Source of the DNA: Ruminococcus sp. UBA7477
Lineage (GTDB): Bacteria; Bacillota; Clostridia; Oscillospirales; Ruminococcaceae
Direction of reading: 5' to 3'
NCBI GenBank assembly: GCA_002479715.1
Contig: DLOT01000045.1
Location: forward strand, 1 to 36,945
DNA length: 36,945 bases
A program made the position numbers and the translations under genes. The notes below the pieces were generated by a model. That model did no database searches. It was not told the origin of the DNA and saw only the letters and a program-made list of their open reading frames with translations. Positions within the stretch are counted from its first letter, which is position 1. Each line of letters starts with the position of its first letter. This document shows, piece by piece, positions 16,203-23,627 of the stretch.

Positions 16203-16634
16203 ATGATTGATAAATCAAGAGAATACTGGCATGGAGATTCCGCCGATGACATTGATGAATTTTTAAGAGAATATTCTGAAATCGAAGCAATAGATGTAAA
16301 ACCTATAATTTGTCATTCTTGCGGAAATGAGCACCTTAATTTAAGAATTGATTATGACGAAGAAGCTATTCAAGTTAAATGTCCTAAATGTGGATATCAA
16401 AAAATAATATTGGATTGCGAGGAAGTATGGGAAGATGCAAATCCTCGATTAAGAAAGTGTCCGGAATGTAAATCCAAAGATTTCGATGTAAAAGTAGGAT
16501 TTGTACGACGAGAAAATGGAAGTGTAAAGTGGGTTTATATCGGAAGTCGTTGTACTAACTGCGGATTATTAGGTTCACATCTTGACTGGAAAATCAATTA
16601 CGAACCAACCAATGAAATGGAGAGCAACATATAA
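16203..16634 (+). CDS. hypothetical cytosolic protein with four CxxC pairs (two zinc-ribbons)
   Basis: 143 aa. CHSCG...CPKCG...CPECK...CTNCG. GAAGGAG RBS. AT-rich relative to its neighbours. Confidence 0.7.
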   Translation: MIDKSREYWHGDSADDIDEFLREYSEIEAIDVKPIICHSCGNEHLNLRIDYDEEAIQVKCPKCGYQKIILDCEEVWEDANPRLRKCPECKSKDFDVKVGFVRRENGSVKWVYIGSRCTNCGLLGSHLDWKINYEPTNEMESNI

Positions 16635-16732
16635 ATTCTGATTTATGTGAGCAATCGAATATTAACAATAAGCCCCGAAGCAATTATCAATAATTACTTT
16701 GGGGCTTAAACTTCTTTATGAGTATCGAACTA
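16630..16732 (+). repeat. conserved 3' block, copy A (multi-frame stops + hairpin + inverted end repeat)
   Basis: It aligns to 25321..25422 with about ten substitutions and one 1-nt gap, by hand count. Hairpin AAGCCCCGAAG (16670..16680) / CTTTGGGGCTT (16697..16707). Confidence 0.85.
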
Positions 16733-16768
16733 ATCACAAGTCCGCGTTTTTTGTACTTTTTATGACGA

Positions 16769-18286
16769 TCACAGCGTCTTTCCGACTCCCTCGCCGGAGT
16801 TGAAGCCGAATATTGCCACACAAATCAGGTCGGCAATAAACAGTGCCGCCAGAGTTGCACATATAGTGATGCTCTTTTTTCTTCCAATCTTGTCGAGAAG
16901 AACGCTTATTCTCGGCGCAGCTATATACACTCCGAACAACCCGCCCAAGCCGAAAGCCACCAATCCGACAAGATATATCCTTCCGTTGAGATTCATAAAA
17001 TCCGAGTGATAGTCCCAGTAGCTGGCGTTGCTGAAATAGTCCAGGATCCAGCTTGCGGCATACTCAACAACACCGCACAACAGCATTCCCAGAACAAAAA
17101 GCTTTCCCTTGTTCGCCTTGAAATGACCTAACAGGAAAATAATAATGACTCCGCCTACTCCGTAGATCGGCAGCCACGGGCCGTAAAGCGTTCCGCGGTT
17201 AACCAGAACATGATCGCGAACAAGATACAGCAGCACTTCCCATGCCCAACCGACAAACGCAAAAGCGAAGAAAAAAGCTATATAGTCAATAAGATTATAT
17301 TCTCCGCGCAGCCTTCTGACATTGGCGGTAACACTGCCCCTAAGCTCATCAACAGTCAGAACGGTGTCATCCAGCGAAAAGCTTTCAACCGACTCCTGTG
17401 ATACAACAAACGACTCTGAGTTAAAGCCTTCTTCAACAAAATTAGCCTTGTTTTCAGACCGCTCTCTCAGATAAAAATAAGTTTCAGTCTTAAGCTGTGC
17501 CTCAAGCGGCAGAGCAACAGCAAGACCTGCGATCGGCACGGCCTTGAGGATCCATATGTAAATAAACGAAAGGTCGGTCAAAAACATCTTCATCTTGTAA
17601 CCGGCAGTCATCTGTTTTGAAACCGTCTTGGCCTCACGCCAGCTTATCTGAGGGTTCTCTGCCAGAAGATAAGGAACCATTCTGTACTGATACGATTTAT
17701 ACACCCAACCTACAAATGTCAGCGCCCACATCGCAAGGGTAAGATTGTAGATTATCATGACCTTAATCTCATTTTTAAGATACTTCTTGTGAAACGGCGC
17801 AAAGCTTCGGCGAATAAGTGTTTTCTTCTGAAATCTGGCTTCCATGCAGTATCTGCACTTTCCTATTACCAGAACGTTTTGAATAAACAGCTTTGCCGCA
17901 CCAAGGATAAAGCCTGTAATCAGCAACATCGCGATAACCTCGCCGCTGTTTCGTTTGAAGTACGCAAAGTTGGCTGCCAGAAGGTTTACAAGCCATGAAT
18001 AGTCGCTCGAAAAGGCGTTGACCACCGCAGAAAACACCTCTCCGCCCACTTTACCCATTTTGTCTGTGACATGGTCAGCTATATATGTATCTATTATCTC
18101 CATATTGTCTTGAGAAACGGAAGTTTCAATACCTATATTGTCTATCTGAAAGCTGGTCTGACCGCCGCCGTCCGCGCCAAGAAATGAGAACAAAAAGCAT
18201 ACGGCAAAGAGCGCCGCCCATGCCATGAAGCCTTTCCTGAATGCGGTTTTCCAAGCGTTTGATCGTAAGGTCTTGTAGCTCCACAT
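16769..18286 (-). CDS. polytopic membrane protein: DUF975-like N-terminal half fused to a CmpB/DUF1113-like ('putative ABC-transporter type IV') C-terminal half
   Basis: The N-terminus MWSYKTLRSNAWKTAFRKGF is typical of DUF975. The C-terminus FVGWAWEVLLYLVRDHVLVNRGTLYGPWLPIYGVGG fits PF06541. Start set at the ATG at 18286 (AAAGGAGGG RBS). The track start is 18307. Confidence 0.7.
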   Translation of the reverse strand: MWSYKTLRSNAWKTAFRKGFMAWAALFAVCFLFSFLGADGGGQTSFQIDNIGIETSVSQDNMEIIDTYIADHVTDKMGKVGGEVFSAVVNAFSSDYSWLVNLLAANFAYFKRNSGEVIAMLLITGFILGAAKLFIQNVLVIGKCRYCMEARFQKKTLIRRSFAPFHKKYLKNEIKVMIIYNLTLAMWALTFVGWVYKSYQYRMVPYLLAENPQISWREAKTVSKQMTAGYKMKMFLTDLSFIYIWILKAVPIAGLAVALPLEAQLKTETYFYLRERSENKANFVEEGFNSESFVVSQESVESFSLDDTVLTVDELRGSVTANVRRLRGEYNLIDYIAFFFAFAFVGWAWEVLLYLVRDHVLVNRGTLYGPWLPIYGVGGVIIIFLLGHFKANKGKLFVLGMLLCGVVEYAASWILDYFSNASYWDYHSDFMNLNGRIYLVGLVAFGLGGLFGVYIAAPRISVLLDKIGRKKSITICATLAALFIADLICVAIFGFNSGEGVGKTL

Positions 18287-18388
18287 ACTGATATGCCCTC
18301 CTTTCACTGTCTCCGACTGATGTTATTCCACAGCCCTGATCTCTAGAATCCTTACGGAACTTATATCCGTTCAAATATGAAGTGTCTT

Positions 18389-18856
18389 TTATTCCGTAAA
18401 CAGTTGAGGAACGCCTGACCACGAGAGCTGAGGCATTTCGGAAAGGCGATTTAAATAAATGTATATTTCCTGATCGTCCCCCCAAATGCCTGATTTCGGC
18501 TTATGCGTCAAAACAGTAACATGGTAAAACCCGTTGGGAACCGCTATTGTCTGTTCCGAAGGACAGTCGTCATACCACTCCGACAGCCAAAACAGGTCTA
18601 TAAAGCATATTCTCTCATCTCTGACCTCTATCCCCAGCCTTATTGCTACAGGATTGCTTTCAGATACGGAAGCATCGGGATATCCGTTTCTCAGCTTCAG
18701 AATAAACCTTCCTCCTGAGCCTGTGCAAAATCCGACCATATCGCCCTTTTTTAAATGCGCCGCTACCTTTGCGGGATCGCTGTATTCATTTATCAGATAG
18801 TCATATCCTTCTTCAATACCCTTTACAGTTTCGGAAGAATACATCACTATCCCCAT
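18389..18856 (-). CDS. hypothetical cytosolic protein
   Basis: 155 aa with no family I can name. It has its own promoter. The start is uncertain: the frame is open 15 codons further upstream but with no canonical start there. Confidence 0.6.
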   Translation of the reverse strand: MGIVMYSSETVKGIEEGYDYLINEYSDPAKVAAHLKKGDMVGFCTGSGGRFILKLRNGYPDASVSESNPVAIRLGIEVRDERICFIDLFWLSEWYDDCPSEQTIAVPNGFYHVTVLTHKPKSGIWGDDQEIYIYLNRLSEMPQLSWSGVPQLFTE

Positions 18857-18971
18857 TCCGTCGATTTCAAGATCTATATTTTGTTCGTTAATACCCAGCT
18901 TAACTCACCCATTCTCCACAGAATTATTGCAACAAACGCTATTGTGCAATTCAAGTACCATCCTTCTGTAC

Positions 18972-19000
18972 ATTATAGCATTTTAGTCTTGTTCCGTCAA
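18972..19000 (-). promoter_or_regulatory. sigma-A type promoter for the 18389..18856 gene
   Basis: The minus strand reads TTGACG (19000..18995), 17 nt, TATAAT (18977..18972). Confidence 0.45.
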
Positions 19001-19044
19001 GAATATTTATCAACGTGCCACTTATCCGGCAATATATTTCCCTT

Positions 19045-19079
19045 CAAATCAAAAAAGCGTAGGTCTGAGCCTACGCTTT
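19045..19079 (-). terminator. intrinsic terminator of the MutS-like gene
   Basis: Perfect stem AAAGCGTAGG-CTCAGA-CCTACGCTTT on the minus strand, followed by TTTGATTT. Confidence 0.75.
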
Positions 19080-19096
19080 AATACATATTCTAAGCC

Positions 19097-20785
19097 TTAT
19101 GACTGCTTTCTCTTGCGGATCTCCTCTATATCGATACCGAACTCTCTGAATACTGTAGACGCATAGCTATGTTCCTCAGGCAGACCCTTTTCGATCCTGT
19201 ATATGCGTTCCTCAGTCTGTTTATTGACCTTCGCAACGATGCTCACCGTTTTTGATCGGCAATCCTGCTCGGAGTTAAACCTGTCGCACATATACGCAAG
19301 CTCAGTCAGATGGGTCGCAAAAAGCCCTCTTACACCGATAATTATAAATATCCTCACAAGCTCCGCCGCAATGTCAACACATTCTCTGGGAGTTGTGCTT
19401 TGAACAGACTCGTTCATCAAAAGCAGACTGTTTTCTGACACGGTGTCGCTTATTGTCTTGAACTGCTTGATCTCAGTGGTGAAGCGGCTGGTGTTGATCC
19501 CCGTTTCTTCTTCCTTCGGAAAATGTGTATAGATAAAATCAACAGGCGAGATCTCGCAGCTCTCACAGGGAACGTAAAAACCGGCCTGAGCCAAAACCTG
19601 AGTTATTCCCACGGCTCGGATAAAGGTCGTCTTTCCTCCGTTGTTAGCGCCGGTCAGAATATAAAACCTTCCGTCTTTGTCAAAGGATATGTCATTCCGG
19701 ATAAGCAGAGAGTCGCCCTTTTTATCCTTCCGCGAGGAGATCGCAGCCTTAAACAAACACAGATCATATACATTTTTCATCTCTGACCTGCGCTCGTCCA
19801 TCGGTAGCAAGGTCGGTCTGCACATAGGAACGCCTTTAAACTCGGCAGTTTTTATCAGCTTGATAACTCCTTCGTAAAGATCCAGCTGATCCTGCAAGCC
19901 CGGAATATCCTCGAAGCCGATCCGCTGATATGCCTTGAGTACCTCAGTCAGCTTTTTGATATAGCCATCGGTTATTTTGGAAAGACCTTTGAAAAGCTTA
20001 GCGTCAACCTCGTTGATAACTCTGTCCTTGTCGTACGGATTGTCGTTTGTGTATCTTCTGAAAAGACCTCCCTCTACCTGATTCGGATTTTTCTTTGCGT
20101 TAAAGTATAATATCTTATCAAAAACGCTCGGCTTTTCAATGTATTCGGCGTTAGAATATCCTACTATCCCCGCACTTATCGGGGTCATCATTTCATCGAA
20201 ATTTATTGCGACCGTAACGCTCTTGATTCGGGTTTTCAGACTTTCATTAAGCTCGGCAACAAGAGCGCAGAGCTTTTGATAATCCTCGCTCATGTAAATT
20301 TCTTCAAAGAAGCCAAACAGACGCTTCATTGCCGCAGATCTCAGACTCTCACCCGTTTTCTCATAAAACGTGTGCATTTCGTCAACACAGGAGATATAGC
20401 ATCCAAAAGCATCAAGCTGCGCTCTGAACTCATCAAACGACGTAGGATTTGAAAACTTCCGCATACCGGCACGGTCGTTATCAAGCATCAGCGTAATTAT
20501 CCTGTAAACAGTCGGCATAAGCTTGGGCAACGTAAGAAAGTCATCAATTGCATCAAGCCGGTAGTTAATAATGTCGGGGTCAGTGTTAAGCTCGCTCAGA
20601 AGCTTCACAGTGCTGTACTGATTAGTCGGGCTGAGTATTGACGCGACCTTTTGTATCTCAAGATTGTCCTGATAGCTTTGCGGCAGCTTCTCCAGCTTCA
20701 GCCTTCTCGCCTTTGCCTGCTCGCGCTTTTCATCGGACGGGTATAGCAGATCCAGAACCGAATTCTGATATTCTTTCGTTTTCAT
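19097..20785 (-). CDS. MutS-related ATPase (MutS domain III/V only; no mismatch-binding domain)
   Basis: 562 aa. Walker A ILTGANNGGKTTFIRAVG, LLLMNESVQSTTPRE (Walker B region), ATHLTELA. No N-terminal GxFxE mismatch-recognition motif. No Smr domain. Confidence 0.85.
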   Translation of the reverse strand: MKTKEYQNSVLDLLYPSDEKREQAKARRLKLEKLPQSYQDNLEIQKVASILSPTNQYSTVKLLSELNTDPDIINYRLDAIDDFLTLPKLMPTVYRIITLMLDNDRAGMRKFSNPTSFDEFRAQLDAFGCYISCVDEMHTFYEKTGESLRSAAMKRLFGFFEEIYMSEDYQKLCALVAELNESLKTRIKSVTVAINFDEMMTPISAGIVGYSNAEYIEKPSVFDKILYFNAKKNPNQVEGGLFRRYTNDNPYDKDRVINEVDAKLFKGLSKITDGYIKKLTEVLKAYQRIGFEDIPGLQDQLDLYEGVIKLIKTAEFKGVPMCRPTLLPMDERRSEMKNVYDLCLFKAAISSRKDKKGDSLLIRNDISFDKDGRFYILTGANNGGKTTFIRAVGITQVLAQAGFYVPCESCEISPVDFIYTHFPKEEETGINTSRFTTEIKQFKTISDTVSENSLLLMNESVQSTTPRECVDIAAELVRIFIIIGVRGLFATHLTELAYMCDRFNSEQDCRSKTVSIVAKVNKQTEERIYRIEKGLPEEHSYASTVFREFGIDIEEIRKRKQS

Positions 20786-20952
20786 TGAAGTGCGTCATTC
20801 CTTTCTGAACCGATCATTGCCGGGACACAGGGCTTTCACAGCCAAAACATCTCTGTATTTCTTTATCGTTTCAATACTAGGATAGCATATTATCCCCGGC
20901 TCGTCAAGATACAAAGTTTTTGCAAATAAGAGCAATTATTCGGCGAAAAGGA

Positions 20953-20981
20953 TTGACTGCACACGAAAAATGTGATATAAT
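20953..20981 (+). promoter_or_regulatory. sigma-A type promoter for the symporter gene
   Basis: TTGACT (20953..20958), 17 nt, TGaTATAAT with the -10 at 20976..20981. Confidence 0.5.
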
Positions 20982-21046
20982 TTATAAGATAATTTCTTCG
21001 CTTTAGTGCTTTACAGCGCCCGAGCGACTAGGAGTGGTTTTAAAAT

Positions 21047-22570
21047 ATGGACGCTTTTTTGGAAATAGTCAAAAAAGTAAATGACGCGGTCAATAATGTT
21101 GTTTGGGGCTGGCCGGCTCTGATCCTGCTTGCCTTTGTCGGAGTATTGATGACAGTATTGACCAAGTGCTTTCAGCTGTCACATTTCGGAAAATGGATAA
21201 GCAGCACCATAGGCGCGATATTCAAAGACAAGAAGGTCACAAGGCACACCAAGGACAAGTCGATCTCACAGTTTCAAAGCCTCTGCACTGCCCTTGCGGC
21301 AACCGTCGGAACTGGCAATATTGCGGGAGTTGCATCAGCTATAGTTACCGGCGGCCCGGGCGCGGTTTTCTGGATGTGGGTGGTTGCATTTTTCGGAATG
21401 ATGACAAACTTCTCGGAAAATGTTCTCGGTATCCTCTATCGTGTTAAAAACAAAAAGGGCGAGTGGAGCGGCGGCGCGATGTATTACTTAAAGTACGGCC
21501 TCGGCTCGAAAAAGGGATGTAAGCAGGTCGGCTCCGTCCTCGCAGTGCTGTTTTGCATTTTCTGTCTTCTTGCCTCCTTCGGTATCGGTAATATGACTCA
21601 GATAAACACTATCGCGACCAACATGAAGGACACCTTCAGCATCCCTGCGCTTGCAACCGGTCTGATACTCATGGCTATTGCCGCACTGGTCATCATCGGC
21701 GGACTCAAGCGTATCGCCTCGGTAACCGAAAAGGTAGTTCCCGTTATGGTCATTCTCTATCTGGTCGGAACGATCGTTATCTGCGTTCTGCATATAGATA
21801 AATTCGGCATGGTATTCAAGGCGATATTCAAGGGAGCATTCGGACTCAAGGCTGCTGCCGGAGGAATTGTCGGCTCGGGAGTTAAAATGGCAGTCCAGAT
21901 GGGCATGAAGCGCGGAGTTTTCTCAAATGAAGCAGGTCTCGGCTCGTCGGTTATGGTCCACTCAAGCTCTAATGTTAAAGAGCCCGTTCATCAGGGTATG
22001 TGGGGAATCTTTGAGGTTTTTGCGGACACGATCGTTGTTTGTTCGCTCACAGCATTCACAGTTCTCTCCTCCGGTCTTATTGATCTTGAAACAGGCGCTC
22101 TCACCGAAAACATATCAAATACAGGCTCGCTTGTAAGCGTTGCGTTCGGCGAAACCTTTGGTAAAGTGGGTACTGTATTCGTTGCCATCGCACTTTTGCT
22201 GTTTGCATTCTCAACGGTCCTCGGCTGGAGTCATTACGGTTCAACCGCTTTCGAGTATCTTTTCGGAACAAAGGCAACTATCGTATATAAAGTCGTCTTT
22301 GTTGTCGCGATAGTCGGCGGCGCAACAATGGGCGAAAACCTCGCTTGGGATCTGTCTGATACATTCAACGGACTGATGATGCTGCCCAACCTGATAGGTG
22401 TGCTGGTTCTGTCACCGATCGTCTATAGATGTACAAAAAACTACGTTGACAGACATATGCGTCATTTGGATGTTGAGCCAATGCTCTCTGCTCACCCGGA
22501 AATACAAAAGACGCAGCTTGAAGCACTGAATTCGGAGGATGAGGAGGTCCGCGAGGTAGTTGACGCATAA
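21047..22570 (+). CDS. sodium:alanine (amino acid) symporter, AGCS family
   Basis: 507 aa. SQFQSLCTALAATVGTGNIAGVASAIVTGGPGAVFWMW is the family signature region. Confidence 0.92.
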   Translation: MDAFLEIVKKVNDAVNNVVWGWPALILLAFVGVLMTVLTKCFQLSHFGKWISSTIGAIFKDKKVTRHTKDKSISQFQSLCTALAATVGTGNIAGVASAIVTGGPGAVFWMWVVAFFGMMTNFSENVLGILYRVKNKKGEWSGGAMYYLKYGLGSKKGCKQVGSVLAVLFCIFCLLASFGIGNMTQINTIATNMKDTFSIPALATGLILMAIAALVIIGGLKRIASVTEKVVPVMVILYLVGTIVICVLHIDKFGMVFKAIFKGAFGLKAAAGGIVGSGVKMAVQMGMKRGVFSNEAGLGSSVMVHSSSNVKEPVHQGMWGIFEVFADTIVVCSLTAFTVLSSGLIDLETGALTENISNTGSLVSVAFGETFGKVGTVFVAIALLLFAFSTVLGWSHYGSTAFEYLFGTKATIVYKVVFVVAIVGGATMGENLAWDLSDTFNGLMMLPNLIGVLVLSPIVYRCTKNYVDRHMRHLDVEPMLSAHPEIQKTQLEALNSEDEEVREVVDA

Positions 22571-22586
22571 TTTTTTTGAAAAAGCC

Positions 22587-22615
22587 TTGCATTTGTCAAA
22601 AAAATATGTTATACT
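22587..22615 (+). promoter_or_regulatory. sigma-A type promoter for the TPP riboswitch-thiT transcript
   Basis: TTGCAT (22587..22592), 17 nt, TGtTATACT with the -10 at 22610..22615. Confidence 0.5.
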
Positions 22616-22682
22616 GTATTCACTTCACCGGATGCTCTTAAAGATCGTATGCTAGGGATCTATGAGCTATTCGGTGAGCAAT

Positions 22683-22775
22683 AATAACGGGGGCCGGATG
22701 TTTTTCGGCTGAGATAGAGCGAATCGACGCTCTGACCGCACCTGATATGGGTAATGCCAACGTAGGGACAATATG
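22683..22775 (+). promoter_or_regulatory. TPP (THI-box) riboswitch
   Basis: ACGGGGGCC...GGCTGAGA...ACC..ACCTGATATGGGTAATGCCAACGTAGGGA contains the conserved CUGAGA, ACCUGAU and GCGUAGGGA-type cores. It sits upstream of a thiamine-transporter gene. Confidence 0.85.
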
Positions 22776-22785
22776 TAGCATTTTT

Positions 22786-22820
22786 GCGCGTACCTTACAT
22801 TTTGGTGCGCGCATTTTGTT
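22786..22820 (+). terminator. riboswitch expression-platform terminator
   Basis: GCGCGTACC (22786..22794) pairs with GGTGCGCGC (22804..22812), with one G-U pair, followed by ATTTTGTT. Confidence 0.7.
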
Positions 22821-22842
22821 GTGAAAGGAATGATTTTAAGTA

Positions 22843-23424
22843 ATGAAAAACAAAAAACTTCTTCAGCTTGTTGAAGGAGCAGTTATGATCGCCCTTGCGA
22901 CGGTCCTCAGCTTTATACGCATCTACAAGCTTCCTTGGGGAGGCTCTATAACTCTTCTGTCAATGCTGCCGATCGCAATTTTCAGCATACGACATGGCGT
23001 TGCAAAGGGCTTAGGCGTAGCATTTTGCTTCTCCCTGATCCAGTTTATCCAAGGTATAACCGACGGACTTTTCGGATGGGGTCTGACAACTATGAGTCTG
23101 ATAGGCTGTATTCTCTTTGACTACATACTCGCATTCACCGTTATCGGATTTGCCGGTATTTTTCGTAAGAAGGGCGTGGCAGGCGCTGTTACCGGAACGG
23201 CGATCGCATTGCTGTTAAGATTTGTAAGCCATTTTGCTACCGGCGTTATTATTTGGAAGTCGTTCGGTGAACTGTGGGACGGATTTTCTACCGATAACAT
23301 CTATCTCTACAGCCTTCTCTATAACGGATCTTATATGCTTCCCGAGATCATCTTCACCTGTATAGGTGCAGCTGTGCTTTACTCTATCCCGCAAACCAAA
23401 AAGCTTCTCGCCCCGCAGGATTAG
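22843..23424 (+). CDS. thiT: ECF-type thiamine transporter S component ThiT
   Basis: 193 aa with about 6 TM segments. The N-terminus LVEGAVMIALATVLSFI is typical. It lies directly downstream of the TPP riboswitch. Confidence 0.8.
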   Translation: MKNKKLLQLVEGAVMIALATVLSFIRIYKLPWGGSITLLSMLPIAIFSIRHGVAKGLGVAFCFSLIQFIQGITDGLFGWGLTTMSLIGCILFDYILAFTVIGFAGIFRKKGVAGAVTGTAIALLLRFVSHFATGVIIWKSFGELWDGFSTDNIYLYSLLYNGSYMLPEIIFTCIGAAVLYSIPQTKKLLAPQD

Positions 23425-23468
23425 TCCCGAATCCTATGGCATTAAACATTATCTCACAACATCTGAAA

Positions 23469-23498
23469 GGCTCTCCACACGGGGAGCTTTTCTTTATT
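23469..23498 (+). terminator. intrinsic terminator after thiT
   Basis: GGCTCTCC-ACAC-GGGGAGCT (two G-U pairs), followed by TTTCTTTATT. Confidence 0.6.
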
Positions 23499-23568
23499 GC
23501 CGTTTAACAATCAATAAAACAGCCTGTGCAAGCTGCCGCTGCGGAAAACCAAAACACTGTTCCCAATC

Positions 23569-23597
23569 TTGCCTTTTTGCCGAAAGTGTGTTATACT
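23569..23597 (+). promoter_or_regulatory. sigma-A type promoter for the YitT-family gene
   Basis: TTGCCT (23569..23574), 17 nt, TGtTATACT with the -10 at 23592..23597. Confidence 0.4.
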
Positions 23598-23627
23598 TAT
23601 AGGAATAAAGCTTCGGGAGGGAAACAC

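Larger units (their letters stand above)
16063..16732 (+). mobile_element. inverted-repeat-bounded promoter-ORF-hairpin module, copy A (cassette-like or MITE-like; mobility unproven)
   Basis: The flanks are near-identical to 24563..24687 and 25321..25422. The 22-nt ends TACTCATAAAGAAGTTTTAGCC (16071..16092) and GGCTTAAACTTCTTTATGAGTA (16703..16724) are reverse complements with 1 mismatch. Confidence 0.45.

Noticed and set aside
16721-16735. TCGAAC-containing stretch after the module end repeat, considered as a tRNA T-arm or tRNA-derived att site
   Set aside because: There is no GGTTCGAATCC-type T-loop, no acceptor or anticodon stems, and no cloverleaf can be drawn. No tRNA gene is visible anywhere in the window.
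20982-21046. Possible glycine or amino-acid riboswitch upstream of the AGCS symporter
   Set aside because: The leader is only about 65 nt long and has none of the conserved glycine-riboswitch cores.
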